From IMG/VR virus record IMGVR_UViG_3300045988_130116: 64,000 nucleotides of DNA; one strand, written 5' to 3'. Positions within the stretch are counted from its first letter, which is position 1, and each line of letters starts with the position of its first letter. Under the pieces are notes generated by a model. It saw nothing but the letters and a program-made list of their open reading frames with translations, searched no databases and had not been told where the DNA came from. The position numbers were made by a program, and so were the translations under genes. This document shows, piece after piece, positions 43,209 through 51,882 of the stretch. This stretch comes from a virus.

Positions 43209-43574
43209 CTATTTAACAAATATACATCTTTTATAGACTGTACTTGGTCGCCAATTTCTACCATCCGATGTACAGTAAACAACTTTATGACTTCTTGAAA
43301 ATTCATATAAACTTTTTAAGGTAAACTCTTCATTAGTATTTTTAATTCTAACTCTAGCACCTATTGTAATTCTTGGGTCATGGTCAATAGTTAAACATTC
43401 ATATTCTTTTTTATCCATGAATTGATTTTCTACTTTAAATATTAATTCTATTTTGTTTTCTTCATTTATTAAGTTACTTATACACTTTCCAAAGTACATC
43501 CCTTTTTCTTCTAATTCATGAATTTGTTTTCTTATTTCTTTTTTATTTAATCCTATTAATTTTATATATTTCAT
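43209..43574 (-). CDS. hypothetical protein
   Basis: 121-aa ORF; AAGGAGGAAA SD. Confidence 0.55.
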   Translation of the reverse strand: MKYIKLIGLNKKEIRKQIHELEEKGMYFGKCISNLINEENKIELIFKVENQFMDKKEYECLTIDHDPRITIGARVRIKNTNEEFTLKSLYEFSRSHKVVYCTSDGRNWRPSTVYKRCIFVK

Positions 43575-44623
43575 TTTATTTCCTCCTTATTATTTATTTT
43601 ACTTATTCACTTTTATAAAATTATTGGTCACTAGAATTGTAACCGATATAATTAAGATTTTTAAAGAATGGATTTTTTAATATTATTGTCAACTCTTATT
43701 ATGTTATCTTATTATGTATTATTTAATTGTTAATATAATAGTAACACAAAAAAGTATAAAATACAACTTACAATTGATACAACTTTTTAAAAATGTTATT
43801 TACATATGATATTAAAATAAGATGGAAATTAATATTTGTATATGAAAAATATCCAAAAACTAGCACGTTTTTTTGTTAGGCAATTTATAAAAAAATTATT
43901 TACAAGTGATAAATAAAAATCAAATAAATTTTATCAAATAGTAAGTATTTTTTTATAATGCTTTACAAAAATTTACCATGATTTCTGAAAAATTTATATT
44001 TTTAAAATATATTGTTTATCAAAAATCACTTGTTAGTTTACAAGTGTTTAGATTTTTTACTCTATTTTTATATTTGTAAATTAAAAATAATAAAAATTTT
44101 TACATTATAATTATTATAGTTATTTTTAGAAAAATATAAAAAAAAATTATTTTATTTGTAAGTGTTTTATAGTATAATATTGAATAATTGTAAATTATAC
44201 CTATCTTTATATATATAAATAAAAAGATGTTAGAATAAAGATAGTTAAAAAGGTCATGATTTTATTAATTATCGTATTTCATTAGCTCAAATGTATAACG
44301 TTATAAGGCTTTTGGTGTGCTATCGTTCTGAATAACACGAACTATTATTTGTTATAATTCGGAAATGTATGTATCAAGGTAATTTACGACTTTATTCAAC
44401 ACTAATCGACGCTTCTGTACGCCCTTGTGAGGCGTTCTAAAAAGTTGCCTTTATATTCTATCGTACGATTTTAAAAGTACATTTAACCTTATGAACGCCT
44501 ATATAAGAATAGGCAAGAATAAATTAACAAGTAACAACAAGAATATGTTGCAAGTTGTTAATTATAACTTGCAATTATTATACAATTTATTTCATAGTTA
44601 GATAGTAGGAAATCAGGAAGAAT

Positions 44624-44930
44624 GTAAATGATAATGGCTCTCAACTGCGGTCCATGAATAGTTGAGAATGATTATCGCCACAGACTGCGGTCCATGAATA
44701 AGCGTAAATGAAATCCATTATCAACTGATATTGTATTCTCAATTGAGAATGATTATCGAATGATTCAAAGTACCAACTTACAATTGTATACCACTATACA
44801 AGTTTTTGGAATTACTATAATTCCTATTAAAATAGTATGATATTATCATAATGATAATGATTAATGTATACAATGTAAATGATAATCGTTATCGACTGCG
44901 GTCCATGAGTAGGTGAGAATGGTTATCGAA
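44624..44930. repeat. composite repeat cluster B: [TGATAAT-type box][ACTGCGGTCCATGArTA][TGAGAATGrTTATCG]
   Basis: Boxes at 44629..44643, 44663..44677, 44709..44723, 44744..44758, 44852..44866, 44880..44894 and 44914..44928. ACTGCGGTCCATGA cores at 44644..44660, 44684..44700 and 44895..44911. Confidence 0.8.
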
Positions 44931-45180
44931 TGGTAAAAAGTAACAACTTGTATACAAAATACAATATGTTTATATTTGTTTTTGTATACACTACAATTCA
45001 TAGTGGAATAGCAGAGAATAGAATAAGTATTAATTGATAATGTTTCTTAAATAAGTTAATGTTTTAATTAATAATAATAATAGAATAATAATAATATTAT
45101 TTTGATAATCAAAATATTTGATAATCATAACATTATCAATATGATAACTAAATTATACAATATACATAATTGCCAACTTG

Positions 45181-45460
45181 TTTTATTAATACAATATGTT
45201 TATATATACTATTGTATACATTAATATTATAGTATGTTATATTGTCTTATATATATTATAACGTACTGTACTATTGTATTGTATAGTATAGTATACGATA
45301 TATTATGTATATATGTTATACTATTATGTATTATATTTGTATATGTATTATTATATACGTATTGCATATGTATATATAGTATGTATTGATGTATTATATA
45401 TGATGTATTATTGTATTGCATTGTTATATATAGTATGTATTATATAGGTATATATGTTAT
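45181..45460. repeat. GTATA/TATAC-rich low-complexity tract
   Basis: About 280 nt built almost only of T, A and GTAT/ATAC words. The ORF called here is a compositional artefact. Confidence 0.7.
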
Positions 45461-45496
45461 ACCAATGCATTGGTCACTTGATAGGTATAGCAAAGG

Positions 45497-45906
45497 TGAG
45501 AACGATTATCGATTGATAGCCTTGCATTTTTTGGTTAACCATTTTTGTATTTTGGGTTAACGTATTTTTTTATTGGAATGTATGAATAATTGAATATGTT
45601 TTTATATGAATATGTATTCATGTATTTGGGGATTTTTGGGTTGAATAAGTTCCTTCATTTTTACACGACAAAAAAATTTTTTCCTTCATTGACTAATCAT
45701 TCGATAATCATTCTCACCCTCATTTAATTAAGCTTCTTATATGAATTTGATAATCATAATCAACTACAATTTTTTTCTTTATATATCAAATATTTTTCCA
45801 TTCAAATATTTTGATTATCAAAGTATTTAATGTCGGATAATAGTATTGTTATAGGTCATTAATAGGGGGGATGTTTCATAATACTTGATAATGATAATCA
45901 TTCTGC
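45497..45906. repeat. Fur-box-like cluster C
   Basis: TGAGAACGATTATCG 45497..45511; CGATAATCATTCTCA 45702..45716 (inverted orientation); TGATAATCATAATCA 45748..45762; GATAATGATAATCATTCTG 45887..45905 (17/19 to the classical Fur box), followed by CTGCGGCCCC. Confidence 0.75.
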
Positions 45907-45947
45907 GGCCCCTAGCTACTACACTCAAGCACCATTTTTTCTCAAAG

Positions 45948-46056
45948 CACCATTTTTCACACCATTTTCCCATTATCTCCAATCAATCCTTCCACCTCCA
46001 CAACACCCCAAATATCCCTTTTTCAACCCTTCATATCTCATTAAAAACAATTAATT
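45948..46056 (+). other. 109-nt G-free, C-rich tract with 3x CACCATTTT
   Basis: Counted by eye: no G between 45948 and 46056. Contains GCACCATTTTTT, GCACCATTTTT, ACACCATTTT and CCACCTCCAC. Confidence 0.7.
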
Positions 46057-46344
46057 GTATTAAACGAAAGAATAACAACAGTAATTATATATAGTTCCCA
46101 AATATAGGTAAATACAATAAAACAACCTTTTACATATACATAACATTGTATACAATAAAAGATTAAAGTCTCAATAAACACAACAAAAATGATATTAAAG
46201 GTAGGGGAGGGGTGGTTTGCATACTTTTTCTAAAGTTGAATAATAATGACCTTCTGTGTGCCATTTTAAGAAGATAAAATCAATAAGTTAAGTATTTGTA
46301 TTAAGAGTATTTTTTAGGTATATTAGAGAGGAAATATAAAAGGG

Positions 46345-46380
46345 CAAAAAAAAAGAGGAAAACATTTTCAGTTCTCCTCT
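46345..46380 (-). terminator. intrinsic terminator ending the 51.9->46.4 kb leftward block
   Basis: AGAGGAGAA-CTGAAAATG-TTTTCCTCT then TTTTTTTTGCCC. Confidence 0.65.
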
Positions 46381-46387
46381 GGAATAT

Positions 46388-46612
46388 TTACCAATTATCT
46401 TGACCACATCTAATATAACAGTAATGTGAATTATCACACATATATATTCTTTCTTTTTTATTACGAGACTTATATCTCCAAGGTTTCCCACATTGAGGGC
46501 ACATACCATGATTCCATCTTCTTTTCTCAAGTTTACTAAGTATGAGATATAATACTATAAGAAGGATTATCCATACTATAATTACTTGAGGTAGTATATT
46601 TGCTAATGTCAT
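46388..46612 (-). CDS. membrane-anchored Cys/His-rich small protein (tandem paralog)
   Basis: 74 aa; TM then RRWNHGMCPQCGKPWRY...C.N.HYC. Confidence 0.55.
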   Translation of the reverse strand: MTLANILPQVIIVWIILLIVLYLILSKLEKRRWNHGMCPQCGKPWRYKSRNKKERIYMCDNSHYCYIRCGQDNW

Positions 46613-46848
46613 TATTTTCTCCCATCTACATTATAATAAATTTCACACCAATGACCATGATTACAGGTATAAACTCTTTCTCCTCTTTTATTTTCATATA
46701 CATATCTCCAAGGTTCATTATGATAACTACACATACCATTGTTCCATATTTTCTTATCCTCATATCTTCTTATTAAAGAGTCTATTATGTTTACAATTAT
46801 AACTCCAATTAAAGTTCCACCCATTGTACATAATACTGTTTCTATCAT
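46612..46848 (-). CDS. membrane-anchored Cys/His-rich small protein (tandem paralog)
   Basis: 78 aa; TM then KIWNNGMCSYHNEPWRY...CNHGHWC. Confidence 0.55.
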   Translation of the reverse strand: MIETVLCTMGGTLIGVIIVNIIDSLIRRYEDKKIWNNGMCSYHNEPWRYVYENKRGERVYTCNHGHWCEIYYNVDGRK

Positions 46849-46859
46849 TTACATCACTC

Positions 46860-47399
46860 CTAATCTAAATATTTTTCTAAATTTAAATAATTTGCAACAT
46901 CTTCTAGCGATTTAAAATATTTACCACCATTTCTTTCTACCATAACACCAACTTTGTCTAAAGATTTCATTTGTGCTTCATTAAATGTTAGCTTTGGAAG
47001 AGGTAATTCTGTAAAATCACAAATTGGATTCCTATCTTCGGTTAACACGCAAAATACGGTTTTATTGGGTCTTTTATTTGAATCATCTACGACTTCTGCG
47101 ATACTATAAACTCCTGTCATTCTAGGTGTTATTACATATAAACAATAATCACACGTCTCTCTTTGTTTTAATTCTTCTTGATAACATTCTTCTGTCCAAT
47201 CATCTACTACTGGGTTAAAATAATCTATATTAAGCATTGGTATTAATTTGTCTCTCCAAGTAGACTCATTACAAGTTCCACCTAGAAATACTTTCTTATA
47301 ATTTTTACCTGTATATCCTTTGCCCCCACAGAAACAACAAGTCTCTCTTTGAAATCCCAGTTTCCCAGTTCCTTCACAATGTTTACATATTTCTTTCAT
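46860..47399 (-). CDS. nucleoside 2-deoxyribosyltransferase-like protein with N-terminal DnaJ-type zinc finger
   Basis: CKHCEGTGK..CCFCGGKG, then KKVFLGGTCNESTWRD...NPVVDDW...YSIAEVVD (Nuc_deoxyri_tr2-like pattern). Confidence 0.45.
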   Translation of the reverse strand: MKEICKHCEGTGKLGFQRETCCFCGGKGYTGKNYKKVFLGGTCNESTWRDKLIPMLNIDYFNPVVDDWTEECYQEELKQRETCDYCLYVITPRMTGVYSIAEVVDDSNKRPNKTVFCVLTEDRNPICDFTELPLPKLTFNEAQMKSLDKVGVMVERNGGKYFKSLEDVANYLNLEKYLD

Positions 47400-47442
47400 T
47401 GCATATACCTCCTAAAAATACTTTTTTCATATTCATCTCTCC

Positions 47443-47757
47443 TTAATCTAAATCTATACCTAATTCTTTACATTTCGCTCTAACGTATTCTATTGATACA
47501 TACTCGTCTTTGCCTTTTGTATAAAAAACTTCATTTCCTTCAAAGGCACATCTCCAATTAAATCCTTCTCCATTTGAATATTTTATTAAATTATCATAAT
47601 AATCCTCAAAACACCAACTATAGAAACGAGGACAACAAGGTTCTGCAACACTATAGATACCTTCATTTTGTAAAGATATTCTATATGATTCTTGTTGTTC
47701 TTTATGTGATTTACATTCTATTATAAAATCTGAATAAGCTTTTTCTTTACTAATCAT
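47443..47757 (-). CDS. hypothetical protein
   Basis: 104-aa ORF. Confidence 0.55.
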   Translation of the reverse strand: MISKEKAYSDFIIECKSHKEQQESYRISLQNEGIYSVAEPCCPRFYSWCFEDYYDNLIKYSNGEGFNWRCAFEGNEVFYTKGKDEYVSIEYVRAKCKELGIDLD

Positions 47758-48199
47758 TATTTATCTCCTTTAGCCATTTACTGGCATCTAGTTTATTATT
47801 ATATCTCTCTTTATTTTCTAATAGGTGAACAAATGCTTTAAGATAGGTCTCAAATGTCTCCTTCACAGGAAAGTTAATTATCGTCAAATTATCGCCATTA
47901 TACTCAAAATTTAAAGTTATAACTACAGAATTATTCCATTTACCATCAAAAGATTCGCAATTAAAATGTTCATAATTACAATGTTTTAAAGAGCTAATAT
48001 CAATATTCTTTTCTATTCCCTGTTCTCTTTTAATTTTATTTCTTTTCCTAATTTGTTCTGACCTACATTCTCTACAATAAGATTGAGGTACTATCTTACC
48101 ATTAGGTTTGAATCTAAACCCGAATAACTCCATTATCTTGTCTTCTCCCAAAGCTGACTTTCCGCAACAAGGACACTCTGCATATTTCCCATGTGGCAT
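47750..48199 (-). CDS. zinc-ribbon hypothetical protein
   Basis: CPCCGK...CRECR; ATG 48199 after GAGGAGGAG preferred (track start 48217). Confidence 0.55.
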   Translation of the reverse strand: MPHGKYAECPCCGKSALGEDKIMELFGFRFKPNGKIVPQSYCRECRSEQIRKRNKIKREQGIEKNIDISSLKHCNYEHFNCESFDGKWNNSVVITLNFEYNGDNLTIINFPVKETFETYLKAFVHLLENKERYNNKLDASKWLKEINND

Positions 48200-48200
48200 A

Positions 48201-48635
48201 TTATATCTCCTCCTCATATTCTGTAAATATATCTACTATATAAAATCCACATAAGCTAACATATGTAAATTCATATATTTTATCAGAATTCTTTTCATCT
48301 ATTAATGCTGAATCTTTAGGGGTAATAAACATACTTCCGTTTTCAGATTCATACCAAAGAGGAATTCTCTTTTTAGCACATTTTTTAATAGTCTCAATAT
48401 CGCAATCTACAACAAGACTAAATTCATTAAAAGAACATTTCAAACTATCATCATTATAGAACCTTCTCATAAAAATATATTTTCTTGTACTGTCTTTAGG
48501 GGTTGGAGATTCCTTTTTATCATTTTTAATTAAGGCATTAGATAATGTATTTATTATATTATTATTAAATTCAAAATCATTTAATGCCTTACCCGCAAAA
48601 TTCATATCATCTAATTTTTTACCTAAATAACTCAT
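48201..48635 (-). CDS. hypothetical protein
   Basis: ATG 48635 after GAGGAG preferred (track start 48650). Confidence 0.55.
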   Translation of the reverse strand: MSYLGKKLDDMNFAGKALNDFEFNNNIINTLSNALIKNDKKESPTPKDSTRKYIFMRRFYNDDSLKCSFNEFSLVVDCDIETIKKCAKKRIPLWYESENGSMFITPKDSALIDEKNSDKIYEFTYVSLCGFYIVDIFTEYEEEI

Positions 48636-48646
48636 ATTATCGCTCC

Positions 48647-49228
48647 TCAAACTATTGAATATTTTATACTCTTAGTGCAATTCCCATTTTTAATATACTC
48701 TTTTCTTATTAAATTATTGGTTTCTAAGAAGTTGGTTATTTTCGTTATCTTATTCAAATTCGTACTACTTCCAGAAGCCAACCCTATATTATCACATATG
48801 TAATTTCTAGTAACTATCTTACTTCCATTCTTACATATCATTTTTAACAACATATAAGTCTTTATAGTTGCAGAATCTCTATTTCTTAAAAGTATTTTAA
48901 TAATGTTGTCATCTATTAATATATATCCTTTACTGTTTTTATTGCTATAAGAAATAGTATATGTATTTTCTTTTTTTATTTTTTTTACCTTAATTAATTT
49001 TTTGTGTTTGGTTGACATTTTCATTAAAGATTTATATGTGGTTGCCCATGATTTGTGGCTTATCTTCTCTATATCTTCTTTTTCATTTCTTATAGTTCTG
49101 CTATCTATTGATATATTCTTTTTCTTTAAGTTATTTGTTCCAAAACAAGATGCTACCATTAGAGCATGGTAATCACAGTTTTTATCTTTAAGAAATTCTT
49201 TTTCAATTATTACTGGTATTTTTTTCAT
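48647..49228 (-). CDS. hypothetical protein
   Basis: 193-aa ORF. Confidence 0.55.
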   Translation of the reverse strand: MKKIPVIIEKEFLKDKNCDYHALMVASCFGTNNLKKKNISIDSRTIRNEKEDIEKISHKSWATTYKSLMKMSTKHKKLIKVKKIKKENTYTISYSNKNSKGYILIDDNIIKILLRNRDSATIKTYMLLKMICKNGSKIVTRNYICDNIGLASGSSTNLNKITKITNFLETNNLIRKEYIKNGNCTKSIKYSIV

Positions 49229-49253
49229 GATATAATCCCTTTCTTTGTATTTA

Positions 49254-49616
49254 TTATCCCCTTATACTAACTATTTCAAATTTAAGCATAAGATTTGAAA
49301 CTTCACCATTCAATATCTTTATAATTTCTCCGTCAGGTATTCTACAAGTATATGTTAATACTTTATTAGTTTTGCTTCCATCATCTGATATAAGAGCGTG
49401 TATAAGTCTTATATAAAAAAGATTATCTCTAAAATAATAATGTTTACGGATTATTTTTAAAAGACATTCATATTGTTCTTTTGTTAAGACTTCATTATTT
49501 ATTTCAAGATAAAGTTTATCTTCTTTTTTAACAATCTTGTACCAATTTATATTATTAAATTCTACTCCGTTAATCATAGCTTCACAATTTTTACAAGTAT
49601 AATATTTATCGTTCAA
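49254..49616 (-). CDS. hypothetical protein
   Basis: 120-aa ORF. Confidence 0.55.
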   Translation of the reverse strand: MNDKYYTCKNCEAMINGVEFNNINWYKIVKKEDKLYLEINNEVLTKEQYECLLKIIRKHYYFRDNLFYIRLIHALISDDGSKTNKVLTYTCRIPDGEIIKILNGEVSNLMLKFEIVSIRG

Positions 49617-49631
49617 TATATCATCTCCAAT

Positions 49632-49874
49632 CTAATTACCATCTATAAATTCAATTCCATTACCATTTAGAACATGAATATTATCATCAAATTCATCTTC
49701 CTCTACATCAATTTCTTCAAGTCTCAATTTTATGTATTTATCTCCGTCATAAAAAGAATACACCGGAGATTTATTATCAATCATTATTTTTATATTTGTC
49801 TTTAATTCTTCATTTGTCTGCAATTCTTTGATTAAATTATCATAACCTTGAACATAAAGCAGCTTATTCTTCAT
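49632..49874 (-). CDS. hypothetical protein
   Basis: 80-aa ORF. Confidence 0.5.
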   Translation of the reverse strand: MKNKLLYVQGYDNLIKELQTNEELKTNIKIMIDNKSPVYSFYDGDKYIKLRLEEIDVEEDEFDDNIHVLNGNGIEFIDGN

Positions 49875-50151
49875 CTTCTATCACCACTTCTGTCTCTTCT
49901 TCAAATTGAGGAACTAACATTACTTTATGTTCCTTACCATTCCATTTTACTGTCTCTAATTTTTCATACCAAGCATCTGTTATATTTGCTTTTCTTAGTT
50001 CTCCACTGCCGTCATCAAATTTAAGGTTTTCTAAAAGATAATCCATAAATTCACCTGCTGTTTCATCTGCTTCTGCCTTAAAGAAATCTGCATATTTTGT
50101 TTTATCTTGTTCGCTTGTTACTATAACATAATGATATAAATATTTTTCCAT
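49864..50151 (-). CDS. hypothetical acidic protein
   Basis: 95-aa ORF. Confidence 0.5.
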   Translation of the reverse strand: MEKYLYHYVIVTSEQDKTKYADFFKAEADETAGEFMDYLLENLKFDDGSGELRKANITDAWYEKLETVKWNGKEHKVMLVPQFEEETEVVIEDEE

Positions 50152-50418
50152 TTAATCCTCCCAATTAACTTTTATTTTAAACTCATTTGGTTGCAAATCT
50201 TCATCTACTTTTACAGGTATACCTTCAAAAGTCTTTATATAACCGTTTACAACTTTATTATAATCTTCAATATCATCTAAATTTAAATCGTCTGCAAAGA
50301 AGTTTTTATTATCTTCTTTACTTATAAATATTTCTATAGAAGTCCCAAGACCGCTGTGTGTTTTTAAAATATCCTCAGCGTCTACTAAGGCTCTAAAAAT
50401 ATTAACCATTTTATTCAT
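50152..50418 (-). CDS. hypothetical protein
   Basis: 88-aa ORF. Confidence 0.5.
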   Translation of the reverse strand: MNKMVNIFRALVDAEDILKTHSGLGTSIEIFISKEDNKNFFADDLNLDDIEDYNKVVNGYIKTFEGIPVKVDEDLQPNEFKIKVNWED

Positions 50419-50641
50419 TCTCTTCTACTCCTTTTGGTATTACATGATATTTATTAAATAAGAAATCGACTAAACAACCTATATATGTCTCTAAAGGACA
50501 TATTCTGTCACATTCTTTATTATTCTCACAATAATCATTAAATCTTTTATTAAATACTTCTTCAGTTGTAAAATTCTTAATCTCTTTAATGTTTATTTTA
50601 TCGCCATCTTGTTCAAATGTACATAAAACTTTTTCATTCAT
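50411..50641 (-). CDS. hypothetical protein
   Basis: 76-aa ORF. Confidence 0.5.
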   Translation of the reverse strand: MNEKVLCTFEQDGDKINIKEIKNFTTEEVFNKRFNDYCENNKECDRICPLETYIGCLVDFLFNKYHVIPKGVEENE

Positions 50642-50650
50642 TTACATCAC

Positions 50651-50977
50651 CTATCTTAAATAATTATTCATAGATTCGCATGAATCGCAAGTCACTGTAG
50701 CCGCATATATCTCTTTATCAAAAAGTCTTTTTAATACACACTCTAAATCGTCTATAAGTAATTTATCAAAATTACTTAATCCTCTAAGCTTTTCTTTAGA
50801 ATTAATTGAACTAAATGAAATTGGATCAGGAATATCTAATCCCATTTCATTAGCCGTATCTTTAATCATTCTTCTTTGTGTTTCACTACAACAAATTATA
50901 GGATATTTAAATTCAGCAGATTTTTTAATAAGATATGTTGTTTTTCCTCTACCTCTATTCATTTGTATTATTTCCAT
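50651..50977 (-). CDS. small P-loop-containing protein
   Basis: 108 aa; Walker-A-like NRGRGKTTY. Confidence 0.5.
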   Translation of the reverse strand: MEIIQMNRGRGKTTYLIKKSAEFKYPIICCSETQRRMIKDTANEMGLDIPDPISFSSINSKEKLRGLSNFDKLLIDDLECVLKRLFDKEIYAATVTCDSCESMNNYLR

Positions 50978-51206
50978 TGCATCTACCCCTTTTTATAAAT
51001 TCTACATCATAAACTTCCCAACCCCATAACACATCAAGAAAATACATTAACAGGGATTGACCTGGCTCTACATAATGATTAAATCTATAAGTAACTTTAG
51101 TCTTCTCTAACCATATAAGTTTACCATTTACTACTCTAGGTAAAATATTATTACGAGTACGAATTTTCATATCCCCTCTATGAGGGGTGTTCATTTTAAA
51201 TCTCAT
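50955..51206 (-). CDS. hypothetical protein
   Basis: 83-aa ORF. Confidence 0.45.
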   Translation of the reverse strand: MRFKMNTPHRGDMKIRTRNNILPRVVNGKLIWLEKTKVTYRFNHYVEPGQSLLMYFLDVLWGWEVYDVEFIKRGRCNGNNTNE

Positions 51207-51882
51207 GTATTAACTCCTTTCTTAAATCTTTCATTATTCTACGTTCTTTCATAGCCAATGTGCTTCTCTTTATTCCTAAAGAATCTGCCAACTGTTGTTG
51301 TGTACATTTTTCGTATCCATTTAACCCATATCTTCTTTCTATAAGAAGTTTATTGTCTTCTGATAGCATATTTAATATTTTATTAACCAATTCTTTAGTT
51401 TCGCTTATTCTTATATTTTTATCAAAATCAACTTCTTCTTTAAGAAAACCTTCAAAAGAATTGTCGTTTTCTTCGTTCTTTGAAATTTCTGCATTAAAAG
51501 AAACCGTTTTTATATTTCTTTTTTCTCTATTAAAAGCATTAATTAATTCATTTTCTATACTTCTGTAGAAATAAGAGATTGGTTTTTTATCTTTAGAAAT
51601 CGGAATCTTATTTATCCCTTCCATAAGCCCTAACATTCCTGTCGCCATTAAATCCTCTTTAGAATAATTGTTTATATAAAAATTACTAGATATACTTGCC
51701 ACTAGGGGAGTGAAATTGGCAACTATAGTCTCATAATCTTTATTCATTAAACAATTATCTATTTCTTTTTTGGATAAATATTTTCTCAACGAACCACCTC
51801 TCTTTAAAGTTCTTATACTATAATTATAACCATTTTTAGATTTTTTATTCATTTTTTTGTAATATTTGGCTAATAATGTCAA
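51196..51882 (-). CDS. sigma-70 family RNA polymerase sigma factor (3 of 3)
   Basis: GMLGLMEGINK...SYFYRSIENELINAF; region 4 TQQQLADSLGIKRSTLAMKERRIMKDLRKEL. Start is uncertain (TTG 51882 or ATG 51852); I saw no clear SD for either. Confidence 0.7.
   Translation of the reverse strand: MTLLAKYYKKMNKKSKNGYNYSIRTLKRGGSLRKYLSKKEIDNCLMNKDYETIVANFTPLVASISSNFYINNYSKEDLMATGMLGLMEGINKIPISKDKKPISYFYRSIENELINAFNREKRNIKTVSFNAEISKNEENDNSFEGFLKEEVDFDKNIRISETKELVNKILNMLSEDNKLLIERRYGLNGYEKCTQQQLADSLGIKRSTLAMKERRIMKDLRKELIHEI

Noticed and set aside
43624-43652. Plus-strand promoter TTGGTC-17-TATAAT pointing into the right repeat region
   Set aside because: The -35 matches at only 4/6, there is no TG extension and no recognisable downstream product. 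TATAAT words are too common in this composition to call on their own.
39605-43692. Isolated minus-strand TTGACA words at 39605..39610, 42640..42645 and 43687..43692
   Set aside because: No acceptable -10 hexamer at 16-18 nt (CATATG, TTTTTA and ATTCTT respectively), so they were not called as promoters.
46203-46218. G-quadruplex in GGTAGGGGAGGGGTGG
   Set aside because: There are only two G4-length runs plus two GG runs. This is insufficient for a confident four-tract quadruplex call.
39100-46300. CRISPR array as an explanation for the repeat-dense regions
   Set aside because: The repeats are of several unrelated types, occur in both orientations, and have irregular spacing (tens to hundreds of nt). 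There is no uniform repeat-spacer periodicity and no cas genes.
45227-46530. ORFs 45227..45421 (-), 45885..46094 (+) and 46288..46530 (-)
   Set aside because: The first is a translation of the GTATA low-complexity tract. The second is a translation of the G-free tract and has no SD. The third overlaps the terminator and the better-supported 46388..46612 gene.
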